DNA of 64,000 nt from an uncultured Methanoregulaceae archaeon (GTDB taxonomy: Archaea; Halobacteriota; Methanomicrobia; Methanomicrobiales; Methanospirillaceae). The notes under the pieces were generated by a model. It was given only the letters and a program-made list of their open reading frames with translations. It searched no databases and was not told the DNA's origin. The stretch lies in the NCBI GenBank assembly GCA_963717525.1, contig OY970343.1, forward strand, positions 416,001 to 480,000. Direction: 5' to 3'. The first letter of the stretch is position 1, and the number at the start of each line of letters is the position of its first letter. Of this stretch, positions 1-9,333 are shown piece after piece. The position numbers and the translations under genes were made by a program.

Positions 1-1717
1 TGTTCTTTTCCGAGAGTTTCCTTGCGTAGAGTTCCATCTCGGTCATCGCACGGACAGCGAGCTTGAACGCTGCCTTGGACTCGTGGGTCTGCTTGCCCGT
101 ATGGTGCTGGACCATCTCGTTGACCCCCACCACGCCGATGGTGTACACGAGGCCTTCAAGATCGACCGCTATCGCCCCGCGTTCGCCGGTATTGGGATCT
201 TTCGGGCGTTGCATCGCAAACGGCATCCTGCCGCTCGCCCGGATATTGTCCATCCACCGGCGCTTGATCCTGAAGAGTTCGACCGACACGTCCATGAGCG
301 AACGGAGTTCGGCAAAGAGCCGCTCGTCGCTTCCCTGCGCCTTGTAGGCCGCACGCGGGCAGTTGACCGAGACCACCTGCCACGAGCCCATCGAGAAGTG
401 CAGGCCCTCGTCAAAGACCAGTTTTTTACCGAAATCCGAATCCTTGTCAGCGACCGCCGAGAACTGGTAGGCGCAGCACTGGTAGCAGGAGATCCCCTTT
501 CCCGCACCCCGGTATGCCGGGAGCTGGTTGTCGTAGTACGGCGTCCCGAACTTGGACGCGAGCTCGAAGGTCATGAGGTACAGGTCACGGAAGGTGGGAA
601 GATCCGGGTGAGCCCGGTTGAACTCCTCGCGCTCGCTCATGAAATCCGGCTCGATGCTGATCTCGGGTTTGGGGAAGTTGAATGGCTTGCCCCAGTAATC
701 GCCTTCGATCATCACTTCCATGAGCCCCTTGAAGAGCAGCCGGACTTCCCGCTCGAACTCGCCGTACGTGCGTCGCGGCGCCTGCTTCCCGTCCCAGACC
801 TTCCCTTTGTAGACACAGGGCTTGTCCTGCCAGAGTGCCGGGACACCGGGCGAGAGCTGGACCGACGAGAAGACGAGCTGGCCGCCCCGTGCGACCATCA
901 TCTGTGTCATCTCGTAGACAAACATCTGCATGTTCTGTTTGATCTCCTCGTAGGACATACCCTCCATGTACGGCGCAAGGAAGGTGAGGAAATTATAGTA
1001 GCCCTGCCCGCCGGCAAAATTCGTCTGGGCGCTCCCGAGTGCTTTTACCGCATGGAGGATGGCAACCTCCGCCCGTTTTGCCGGGCCGGCGACCGATGCC
1101 TTTGTCCCGTTCCCGTCCGGCATGAGTCCGTAGTAGAAGAAGTACCGCAGGTCCCAGTCCTGGCAGAACGGGCGCGTCCCGAAATATTCGAGGTCGTGGA
1201 TGTGCATCTCGCCGGAGAGGTGGTGATCGGCAAGATCCGGGGGAAGCTGGAGCAGGTACTGCTCCTTTGAGATCTTGTCCGCTTTTTTCTTGTGGCTTGT
1301 CTCGGCGTTCTCCTGGAGGTTTGCGTTGTCGTGCGCCTCAAAGCCCTTGCCCACGTCGATCTGGTGCGCATCGTAGACCGGTGTCCCGACCCGGGTGCAG
1401 ACGTTCCTGTACTGCAGCATCCCCTTTTCAAGGAGCGTGATATTCATGATCTCCCGGATGAGCGGGCCCGAGAGGGACTTTATGCCAAGGGAAAGAATAC
1501 GCTGTTCGACCAGCCGTGCGATATCCTGTGCGGTTGCCTCGTCTGCGCCTTCGTACCCGTAGAACGCCTCGACGAGCTTTGTCTCTTTTTTGATCTGTTC
1601 GGCGATCCGGTTCCGGTCCCACTCGATAATGTGGCCGTCGGTTGTCCGGACGAAAGGCAGGGCCGGGGAAAAACTGCCGTCAAGGGTCTGCTGCAGGGTT
1701 TCCCGTCGCGTCATCAT
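1..1717 (-). CDS. nrdD: Anaerobic (class III) ribonucleoside-triphosphate reductase with N-terminal ATP cone, partial (3' end beyond window start)
   Basis: Not in the ORF track because it runs off the edge. Manual translation from ATG at 1717: MMTRRETLQQ...VRTTDGHIIEWDRNRI (ATP cone)...GEMHIHDLEYFGTRPFCQDWDLR...QTNFAGGQG...YTIGVVGVNEMV; the segments at 1717 and at position 2 are in the same frame. Confidence 0.93.
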   Translation of the reverse strand, partial: MMTRRETLQQTLDGSFSPALPFVRTTDGHIIEWDRNRIAEQIKKETKLVEAFYGYEGADEATAQDIARLVEQRILSLGIKSLSGPLIREIMNITLLEKGMLQYRNVCTRVGTPVYDAHQIDVGKGFEAHDNANLQENAETSHKKKADKISKEQYLLQLPPDLADHHLSGEMHIHDLEYFGTRPFCQDWDLRYFFYYGLMPDGNGTKASVAGPAKRAEVAILHAVKALGSAQTNFAGGQGYYNFLTFLAPYMEGMSYEEIKQNMQMFVYEMTQMMVARGGQLVFSSVQLSPGVPALWQDKPCVYKGKVWDGKQAPRRTYGEFEREVRLLFKGLMEVMIEGDYWGKPFNFPKPEISIEPDFMSEREEFNRAHPDLPTFRDLYLMTFELASKFGTPYYDNQLPAYRGAGKGISCYQCCAYQFSAVADKDSDFGKKLVFDEGLHFSMGSWQVVSVNCPRAAYKAQGSDERLFAELRSLMDVSVELFRIKRRWMDNIRASGRMPFAMQRPKDPNTGERGAIAVDLEGLVYTIGVVGVNEMVQHHTGKQTHESKAAFKLAVRAMTEMELYARKLSEKN

Positions 1718-1983
1718 GCACCCGAGAGTATCACGCCGAGTTTGTTCTCGTCCAGCGTCCCGCCCGGGAAAAGGTCGCTTGTTGTGTAGAAATCGTCGCC
1801 CCTCTGGAGGACGGGCGCCTCGTTGACAAAGACACTGTTCACCCGGAGCTCGGTGAGGGCCTCGGCAGTTGACAGGTCGCGCTCGGAAAATGCATATCCG
1901 CCTTTTTTTAAGGCATTCTTGAGCATCACGCAGTGCGGACAGGTTTCCAGGGTATACACAATCAACGGCACGGTGTTCGGCAT
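1714..1983 (-). CDS. NrdH/glutaredoxin-like redoxin
   Basis: YTLETCPHC (CxxC), APVL cis-Pro motif, about 90 aa; its stop overlaps the nrdD start (ATGA). Confidence 0.85.
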   Translation of the reverse strand: MPNTVPLIVYTLETCPHCVMLKNALKKGGYAFSERDLSTAEALTELRVNSVFVNEAPVLQRGDDFYTTSDLFPGGTLDENKLGVILSGA

Positions 1984-2107
1984 AAAAAGCACCCTCTGTT
2001 ATCTAGCACTACGCATTTTGGGGATAAAAAAATCGTGGTTTAGTACCTTCTGCACGGTCCCTGTACCGGGCCTTTTTTAGCGATTACCATTTGTAGGTGA
2101 ATGGACA

Positions 2108-2659
2108 ATGAGTACTTTAATGGTCAGGGCGTTTTTGGCATTCGAACTGTCCCCTGAAATGAGACAGCAGCTGGCAGGTACGCAGGCCGTATTGCACGGG
2201 TGCCATGCCCGGCTCACGTTTGTCGATCCTGCCATAATCCACATCACGGTGAAGTTTCTTGGCGAGGTGGACGAAAAGAAGATGCCGCAGCTGATTGCAG
2301 CGATCAGGACCGTGAAGTCCGCGCCGTTCCCGGTGGCCGGCCGCCGTATTGAGGTCAACAACCCCAAAAACCCGCATACGGTCTGGTGTGCCATTGAGGA
2401 TGGCGGGAAGGGGTGGGAGGTCTTTTCTGCAGTGGAAGCCGCACTTGCACCGCTCGGGTTTCCCCGCGAGACCCGGAGCTTTACTCCGCACGCGACGATT
2501 GCCCGGGTCAGGGAATCCGATCCCTTGCTTTTCCGGTGTCTTGACGAGCTGAAAAACGTGCCCTGCGGCAGCTGCACGATAGCCGGGCTGAAACTCAAGA
2601 AAAGCACGCTCACGGCCCGGGGCCCGGTGTACGAGGATCTCTGTGAGGTGGCATGGTGA
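2108..2659 (+). CDS. thpR: RNA 2',3'-cyclic phosphodiesterase (2H phosphoesterase)
   Basis: RAFLA start and two HxT motifs (HITVKFLGE, PHATIAR); next to cca. Confidence 0.92.
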   Translation: MSTLMVRAFLAFELSPEMRQQLAGTQAVLHGCHARLTFVDPAIIHITVKFLGEVDEKKMPQLIAAIRTVKSAPFPVAGRRIEVNNPKNPHTVWCAIEDGGKGWEVFSAVEAALAPLGFPRETRSFTPHATIARVRESDPLLFRCLDELKNVPCGSCTIAGLKLKKSTLTARGPVYEDLCEVAW

Positions 2660-4056
2660 GCGGGCCGGGCACAGAAACCGGCAGGCTCCCGCTTGAGGAG
2701 AAGATCCTCATGGAGCAGCTCCGGCCGTCCGCTGAGGAGCGGGATTATATTGCCGGTGTCGCACACCGGCTGCTTGCGGCGATTGCCAAAAGCGGGAAGG
2801 CGGAGGGGATGGTGGTCGGCTCCATTGCCCGGAATACGTGGGTGAAAGGCGACCGGGACCTCGATGTCTTCCTGCTCTTTCCTCCGGATATGCCCCGCGA
2901 GACGCTTGAAGCCGAGGGCCTGGCACTTGCCCGGAGCATTGCGCGGAAATTTACGACGAACTTCTGTGAGAAGTATGCCGAGCACCCGTACATCAACGCG
3001 ACGATCGATTCCATCGATGTCGACATCGTACCCTGCTACAATGTGGCGAGCGCGGCAAAGATCCAGAGCGCGGTCGACCGGACCCCGTTCCATACCCGGT
3101 ACATTACGGATAAGATTAACGGCCTGACCGATGACGTGCTCCTGTTGAAGCAGTTTGCAAAGGCCGGGGGGATCTACGGCTCCGACCAGATGACCGAAGG
3201 GTTCTCGGGGTATCTCTGCGAGCTTTTAATCCTCCACTACGGCGGGTTTGGCCCCCTTCTTGCCGCAGCGTCCGAGTGGGGCCCGCACCTTAAAATCGAT
3301 ATCGGGCATCACGCGGCAAAGGAATTTAACGAGCCGCTGATCGTGATCGACCCGGTCGATCCCCGGCGGAACGTGGCGGCTGCACTTTCCATCGACCGGA
3401 TGGCGGAGTTCGTGGAACTTGCCCGGGGCTACCGGGAGGCGCCATCGGCAGCGTTCTTTGCGCTGCCCAGAGAACGTCCCTGCTGCCCGAAGGACCTTTC
3501 TGCACTGCTTGCATCGCGGGGCACGTCGCTGTACGCGGTGACATTTGCGACCCCGCCCTTCATCGAGGAGATCGTGGTTCCCCAGCTGAAACGGAGCACG
3601 GGTGCGATCTGCGACCTGCTTGCCCGGAGCGGGTTCGTGGTGCATCATGCCCATTACCGGATGGGAACTGGGCGGTGTATGCTCCTCTTCGAGTTACTGG
3701 TCGATGAGCTCCCGCCCATCCGGCGTCACGAAGGTCCCCCGGTCTGGAACCAGGTTAACGCAGAAAAGTTCCGGGAGAAGTACCGGGACGCTTCCCTTCC
3801 CGGGCCGTTTATCGAGAACGGGCGGTACATCATGGAAGTGCCCCGGGAATTTGTGCGTGTATCCGATCTTCTCACATCCCCGGCGCTATTAAACGTGGGT
3901 GTCGGCCGGCACGTCCGGGCATCCCTCGCAAAAGACTGGTGCGTGTTTGAAGGCGCGGACTGCTGGCAGGAGGAGTTTGCGGCCTTCATTGCCGGGTTCT
4001 TTGCCCGGAGATCGCCGCTGGTGAGGATCGAGCGGGACAGGGTGGACCAGAGATAA
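2653..4056 (+). CDS. cca: Archaeal class I CCA-adding tRNA nucleotidyltransferase
   Basis: GSIARNTWVKGDRDLDVF, YAEHPY, SAVDRTPFHT, GFSGYLCELL, DPVDPRRNVAAA. Confidence 0.95.
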   Translation: MVSGPGTETGRLPLEEKILMEQLRPSAEERDYIAGVAHRLLAAIAKSGKAEGMVVGSIARNTWVKGDRDLDVFLLFPPDMPRETLEAEGLALARSIARKFTTNFCEKYAEHPYINATIDSIDVDIVPCYNVASAAKIQSAVDRTPFHTRYITDKINGLTDDVLLLKQFAKAGGIYGSDQMTEGFSGYLCELLILHYGGFGPLLAAASEWGPHLKIDIGHHAAKEFNEPLIVIDPVDPRRNVAAALSIDRMAEFVELARGYREAPSAAFFALPRERPCCPKDLSALLASRGTSLYAVTFATPPFIEEIVVPQLKRSTGAICDLLARSGFVVHHAHYRMGTGRCMLLFELLVDELPPIRRHEGPPVWNQVNAEKFREKYRDASLPGPFIENGRYIMEVPREFVRVSDLLTSPALLNVGVGRHVRASLAKDWCVFEGADCWQEEFAAFIAGFFARRSPLVRIERDRVDQR

Positions 4057-4558
4057 ACCGGGTTGTAAAAGGGGTGGTATCCGGACCCGGGTTTATCCAC
4101 CTTTCACCCGGGAGAATGTGTCAAAGGGGATCTTCGCAATAGCGGCTCTCCGGCCCTTTGCCCCCTACAATTACCCGTCCGGAAATAAGGTCCCCGTACA
4201 GGCCCGCTATTGTGCAGGTTTGAGTGGCCTTATTTTTGACCTGTTTTGAAAAATATGAGCATATCACCGTTTTTTCCGTGGGCGTGGACAGCATTTCCCG
4301 TGGAACCGGAAATCGGGATCCCCGGATCGGCAATCCGGGCCCGAATTAGGCTTATTTTACCTACGCTTTTCCGGGTGGGCTGCCGGTGGTGGGAAGCTAA
4401 AAGAAGGGGATGTTTTGGGGGGATTATCGGGAAATGAAACGGCAGGGGAAACGGTTTATCCCCTGCAAAAGAAAATCCGGTCCGTAATCGTGTGGAGCAT
4501 AGTGTCGGGCCCGACCCGGCTGAAGAGGAAAAAGAGATGTATGGATCCATGGACCGTT

Positions 4559-4897
4559 TTAGATCCCCTTGGATCCCCGTTCCCCGGTCCTGACCCGGAT
4601 CGAGTCCTCGACCGGGAGCACGAAGATCTGGCCGTCGCCAACCTTGCCGGTGTATGCCGCTTTCCTGATGATCTCGATTACCTTTTCCGCTGCATCGTCA
4701 GCAATGACAATCTCCAGCTCGCGCTTGGGAATCAGGTCGACGACATACTCGGCACCCCGGTACTGCTGCTTGATCCCCTTCTGGACACCCCGCCCCTCGA
4801 CATCGAAGATCGTCATCGCCCCAAATCCTGCGTTATCCAGTCCTGCCTTGACGTCCTCAAATTTCTCGGGCCGTATCATTGCCTTGATCATCTTCAT
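4559..4897 (-). CDS. glnK: P-II family nitrogen regulator
   Basis: MKMIKAMIRPEK, GRGVQKG, T-loop YRGAEY, TGKVGDGQIFV, RVRTGERG. Confidence 0.93.
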   Translation of the reverse strand: MKMIKAMIRPEKFEDVKAGLDNAGFGAMTIFDVEGRGVQKGIKQQYRGAEYVVDLIPKRELEIVIADDAAEKVIEIIRKAAYTGKVGDGQIFVLPVEDSIRVRTGERGSKGI

Positions 4898-5166
4898 GGT
4901 ATTCACCTGCCGGGAAACGGGGCGGCTCTCGCTGTCCCTGCTCCCGGTTTTCCGGTAGTATAGAATGAGGAAGGCTTCCTTTAAAAGAATTCGCGAATTT
5001 GGGGAGGAAACGATGTGCCAGGGTGGGATACGATGGGAAGGTTGGATTTTTCAGGTCATAAATAACCAAAAGGGAATTCGCATCCCGGATACCTGAGGCC
5101 TCCTCTCCTGGACAAATGCAAGGTACCGGTGATGATCATCGCGGAAAAAAGAGTAAAGAGAGCCGA

Positions 5167-5775
5167 TTACGCTTTTTTCAGGATATCAGGATAATATTTT
5201 GTCAGCGCCTGCAGTGCCCTTTCCTTATGGACGTATGCCGGGTACCAGACGGTGAAAACGATAGCGAGGACCATGAACACCCATTTCAGGTTATCCCAGA
5301 AAACAAGACTTGGGGAAGGATATGCCAGCAGGACAGCATCCACGCCAAAGCCCAGGGTGAAGGCGAGTGCCCACACCGCCGTTATGATATAATTGACCCG
5401 CATGAATGAGGGGCTGTTCGCCCGCTCGGGTTCTACCCCTTCTCTTGAATACTGGAGGGTGAAGGGAAAACGGAACAGGATGGTAGCCCAGCAGACAATC
5501 GCAAGGATCAGCATCGAGAGTGCCGCAAGGTAATATGCGATATAATACTGCTGTAGTCCCACGATAAGGATAAAGAAGACTATGAAGAATAGCATGGTAA
5601 CCACGGACAGGATATACCCTTTGATCAGTTGCCGGTAACTCGTCAAAACGGTAAGCACGATACCGATAATAAATGCGAGGAGCAGGCTTACCAGGGGATT
5701 GCCCAGCGGGGCTTCGGCAACAAGGGCAAAAGCGATCCATGGCACGAATGCCAGAAAGAGCGATATCAGGTTCAT
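5167..5775 (-). CDS. Multi-pass membrane protein of unknown function
   Basis: About six hydrophobic segments; PFTLQYSRE and F.RVN.IIT.VW motifs. Confidence 0.75.
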   Translation of the reverse strand: MNLISLFLAFVPWIAFALVAEAPLGNPLVSLLLAFIIGIVLTVLTSYRQLIKGYILSVVTMLFFIVFFILIVGLQQYYIAYYLAALSMLILAIVCWATILFRFPFTLQYSREGVEPERANSPSFMRVNYIITAVWALAFTLGFGVDAVLLAYPSPSLVFWDNLKWVFMVLAIVFTVWYPAYVHKERALQALTKYYPDILKKA

Positions 5776-6044
5776 TATACCCTGAAAGTATGGTTTTTTG
5801 AAAGATAACTTTATTGAAATATTAATTGCCCCCGATCACATCTCAAACCATCGCGAGTGTCTGGTGGGGGCAGCCGGGATTCAGTGAGGGACCTGTACGC
5901 CAGTGACTGTTCCCGCAGACCGTCCGGCGCTGTTACCTTTGGGGCTGGCGGCGGATTTTTACGATCGGAAGAATGTGCAATTCAGCTGCACCAATGTATG
6001 GGATCAATCATTCACCGGGTATGGTTTAAAAAAATAAAAAAAAA

Positions 6045-7076
6045 TTATTTTTTCGCGTTCTTTTTGATCTTGGCCGCGGCGAGCTTCTCGATCGCTGCGG
6101 TATCAACACCCGGCCCGCTCACCAGTCTCTTGTTCCGCATGGCGCTCTCTACAAATCCCTTCCCGGTGTCATTCCGGATGACAAGCGTCGTATATCCTGC
6201 CTGGCTGCCGACTGCCCCGGCCGAGAGGTCAGCGGAGAGCGACGAGAAATCCGTGCAGATCCGGCAGCCCGGCCGGATCGTGTCCTCAAGATCAGCAAGC
6301 GGGACGGAGAGATGGGAATCGTCCTGCTTTAAGATATCGAGCTTGCCCTTCACGTCCAGTTTTTTTATCTCGTGCGGGGCGATCTTGTACTTCTTTTCGA
6401 GTTTCCCGTGCACGAGCCCTGCATAGTCAAAGGTCTCCGTGCAGAAGAGGCCAATCACCAGCCGGATCGCTTTTGCGTACGGGCGGAGGAGATCGTTGTC
6501 GCTCGCCCGGATCCGGGCGGCCGCCTGGACTGCGCAGGGAACGCCGATCACCGCAATCTTCGTGTACTTACGGGTGACCGCAGCCTCCTTGAGTGCCGCA
6601 AGGAGCGGCACCCACCAGCTGTACCGGCTGCCGGCCTCATGGATGAGGACATCGGACTTCGTGATGACTGCAGACGACGGTTTGAGGGTCCAGGGATCCT
6701 CGGTCACCGTGACGACGGCATCGATCAGGCCCAGGTCCAGGGCGTTTGCAAGGATTGCCGTCACCGCACCACCGCTCTGCCGGTGCGGGATCTCAAAGGC
6801 CGCTTTTGCAGAGAGCAGTTCGAGGTAGGTACCGAGCGTTCCGGCCGGCTGGTCGCCGGTCCGGGGGCAGACCGCGTAACACGCCCCGCAGGGGACACTG
6901 TCGGTCGCCTGCTTGCAGTAGCCGTTGCTTCTCGGGCTTACCACCATCTCCCCTTCCGCAAAGGAGAGGGCATCGGCCGGGCAGACGGCGACGCAGGCAC
7001 CGCAGCCCGAGCATTTCTTCTCATCCCAGACCTCGCTTTTCAAATCGAGATAACTCTTTTCTGCCATCGCCATCAC
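6045..7076 (-). CDS. FrhB-family F420-binding subunit with N-terminal ferredoxin; last gene of the glutamate synthase operon
   Basis: CSGCGACVAVCP, CGACYAVCP, QSGGAVTAIL, GSRY, GVPC, IGLFCTETF, GCRICTDF..ADLSAGAVGS. Confidence 0.88.
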   Translation of the reverse strand: MMAMAEKSYLDLKSEVWDEKKCSGCGACVAVCPADALSFAEGEMVVSPRSNGYCKQATDSVPCGACYAVCPRTGDQPAGTLGTYLELLSAKAAFEIPHRQSGGAVTAILANALDLGLIDAVVTVTEDPWTLKPSSAVITKSDVLIHEAGSRYSWWVPLLAALKEAAVTRKYTKIAVIGVPCAVQAAARIRASDNDLLRPYAKAIRLVIGLFCTETFDYAGLVHGKLEKKYKIAPHEIKKLDVKGKLDILKQDDSHLSVPLADLEDTIRPGCRICTDFSSLSADLSAGAVGSQAGYTTLVIRNDTGKGFVESAMRNKRLVSGPGVDTAAIEKLAAAKIKKNAKK

Positions 7077-7816
7077 TCCGGTGTATATTTGTTTCCAAAC
7101 GGCCGTGCGCTCGAAGCGGCGATCCGGGAGTACGATGCTGAGACAAGCGGCTCTGCATCGATCCCGAACGTCTTTGCAAAATCCTCGATGATGGGCCGTA
7201 TCATCGCCACCTGCTCAGCAGTTGCCGGCAGCTGCCGCGCGCCAACCCCGAGGTTCTTATCCTCGACCGTTCCGCGCACAAAGATCTCGCCGCCGTGGAT
7301 GCCGCTCCCGACGCCGCGTTCTGCGACCGGTGCCTGACCGTTTAAGCCAAGGACTATCAGGAGTCCCCCTGCCATATATTCGCCGAGAAACGCACGGGCG
7401 GAACCGCCGACCACCAGGATCGGGCGCTTCTCCATATACTGCTTCATATGAATGCCGCCCCGGTACCCGATGCTGTCCCGGACATATACCCGGCCGCCCC
7501 GCATGCTGTGGGCGGTCGCATCACCGGCACTCCCGTGGATGATCACCTTGCCTTGGTTCATCGTGTTGCCCGGCGCATGATCGGCGTTCCCGTGGACGAC
7601 GACGGTCGGGCCGCTCATGAACATCGCAAGGTCGCCGCCCGGGACACCATTCACCGTGATCGTCACGCCGTCCCCCCTGAGCCCGTCAGCGATAAAGCGC
7701 TGGCCGAGCACGTTATCGATTACGATCTCCTTTACGCCATCGCAGATTGCTTTCCGGACCTGCTGGTTGAGCGGAGTGTAGTGCAGCTCCTTTGCGTCGA
7801 TATGGACTGCTGCCAT
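7073..7816 (-). CDS. Glutamate synthase subunit 3 (GXGXG beta-helix, GltB C-terminal domain)
   Basis: Start reassigned to MAAVHIDAK (7816); repeated Gly-rich GXGXG-type motifs (GNTMNQGKVIIHGSAGD, FLGEYMAGG). Confidence 0.88.
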   Translation of the reverse strand: MAAVHIDAKELHYTPLNQQVRKAICDGVKEIVIDNVLGQRFIADGLRGDGVTITVNGVPGGDLAMFMSGPTVVVHGNADHAPGNTMNQGKVIIHGSAGDATAHSMRGGRVYVRDSIGYRGGIHMKQYMEKRPILVVGGSARAFLGEYMAGGLLIVLGLNGQAPVAERGVGSGIHGGEIFVRGTVEDKNLGVGARQLPATAEQVAMIRPIIEDFAKTFGIDAEPLVSASYSRIAASSARPFGNKYTPE

Positions 7817-7821
7817 CGCTC

Positions 7822-9333
7822 CTACGCCCCCACGGACTTTACATCCAGCACCCTGAGCAGCCCCTCGTCCAGCATATAGCCTCGGAGCCGGTCGCGGTTG
7901 CCCCGCAGGCTCTCGATGCTGTTGATGCCGGCGGCACCCATCAGTTCTGCGATCTCTTCGGTCCACGCGTGGATCAGGTTTGCCACCTGCACCGCGTTTG
8001 TCTCGGGGTCCAGCCTCTTCGTGAGCTCCGGTTTCTGGGTCGCGATCCCCCACGCGCAGGTGCCCCGGTTGCAGGTACCGCAGACCCGGCAGCCCATCGC
8101 AACGAGCGCTGATGTGCCGATGTAGACGGCGTCAGCGCCAAGGCAGATGATCTTCGCGATATCGGCACTCTCCCGGATCCCGCCGCTTGCGATGATCGAG
8201 ACCTCGTTTCTGATTCCCTGCGAGCGCAGCTTTGCGTCCGTGCTTGCAACAGCGGCCTCGACCGGGATGCCCACGTGGTCGCGGAAGACACGGGGTGCTG
8301 CACCCGTGCCGCCCCGGAACCCGTCGATTACTACGGCATCGGCACCAGAGCGTGCGATCCCGGCCGCGATCGCCGCCGAGTTGTGGACCGCGGCGATCTT
8401 CACAAAGACGGGTTTCTTCCACTCGGTCGCTTCCTTGAGGCTGTGCACGAGCTGTTTTAAGTCCTCGATACTGTAGATATCGTGGTGTGGCGCCGGGCTG
8501 ATCGCGTCGCTCCCCTCGGGGATCATCCGCGTACTGGAGACTTCGGCATTCACTTTTTCTCCGGGCAGGTGTCCACCGATCCCCGGCTTTGCGCCCTGGC
8601 CGATCTTGATCTCGATCGCGGCCCCGCGTTCAAGGTAGTTGATGTCGACGCCGAACCGCCCTGATGCAACCTGCACGATGATATGGCTCTGGTACGGGTA
8701 GAGCGACTCGTGGAGCCCGCCTTCTCCGGTCCCCATGAATGTCCCCATTTTGGTTACTGCCTTTGCAAGAGCGGTCTGGGCATTCAGGCTGATCGCACCG
8801 TAACTCATGTGGCCTATCATGATGGGTGTCTCGAGCTTGAGATTCGGGGCGAGTCTTGTGAGGAGGTCCGTATCGCCGTTGGGGTATTCCTTTACGGAAA
8901 GTGCCGCAGGCTTTTTGCCGATATAGGTCCGCAGCTCCATGGGCTCGCGGAGCGGGTCGATCGAGGGGTTGGTAACCTGGCATGCATCAAGAACGAGCCG
9001 GTCGAAGATCATCGGGTAGGGAAGGACGTTTCCCATCCCGGCTATGATGATCTTCCCGGTCTTCGCCTGGTTGAATACAGCCTCGCGGATCTCGCGGGTC
9101 CAGACCGGGTGGCTCCGGTAATCGGTGGGCTTCTCGTAGATACTGATCGCATCGCGCGGGCAGAAGGCAAGGCAGCGGTGGCAGGCCACGCAGTTCCGGG
9201 AGTTGACATCGATTTTGGTGTCCTCTTTACGGAACACGCCGTACGAGCAGTTCTCGACACAGCGACCGCAGTTCATGCAACGCTCGGTGTCAAGCTCGAC
9301 CTTGAAGCGGAGCGGGATGCTGCCGATGCTCAT
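7822..9333 (-). CDS. Glutamate synthase FMN-binding subunit with 2[4Fe-4S] ferredoxin domain
   Basis: Two CxxCxxCxxxC motifs, MSYGAIS, TGEGG, QVASGRFGV, EIKIGQGAKPGIGGHLPGEKV, ISPAPHHDIYSIEDL, CRVCGTCNRGTC. Confidence 0.95.
   Translation of the reverse strand: MSIGSIPLRFKVELDTERCMNCGRCVENCSYGVFRKEDTKIDVNSRNCVACHRCLAFCPRDAISIYEKPTDYRSHPVWTREIREAVFNQAKTGKIIIAGMGNVLPYPMIFDRLVLDACQVTNPSIDPLREPMELRTYIGKKPAALSVKEYPNGDTDLLTRLAPNLKLETPIMIGHMSYGAISLNAQTALAKAVTKMGTFMGTGEGGLHESLYPYQSHIIVQVASGRFGVDINYLERGAAIEIKIGQGAKPGIGGHLPGEKVNAEVSSTRMIPEGSDAISPAPHHDIYSIEDLKQLVHSLKEATEWKKPVFVKIAAVHNSAAIAAGIARSGADAVVIDGFRGGTGAAPRVFRDHVGIPVEAAVASTDAKLRSQGIRNEVSIIASGGIRESADIAKIICLGADAVYIGTSALVAMGCRVCGTCNRGTCAWGIATQKPELTKRLDPETNAVQVANLIHAWTEEIAELMGAAGINSIESLRGNRDRLRGYMLDEGLLRVLDVKSVGA

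Noticed and set aside
83..1270. 395-aa plus-strand ORF and similar long antisense ORFs (for example 2077-3093, 6372-7337, 33744-34868, 38069-39154)
   Set aside because: Antisense shadows of well-supported genes in GC-rich coding DNA, with no recognisable motifs
7817..8053. N-terminal extension of the GXGXG subunit given in the ORF track
   Set aside because: It overlaps the FMN-subunit gene in another frame; the likely start is the ATG at 7816
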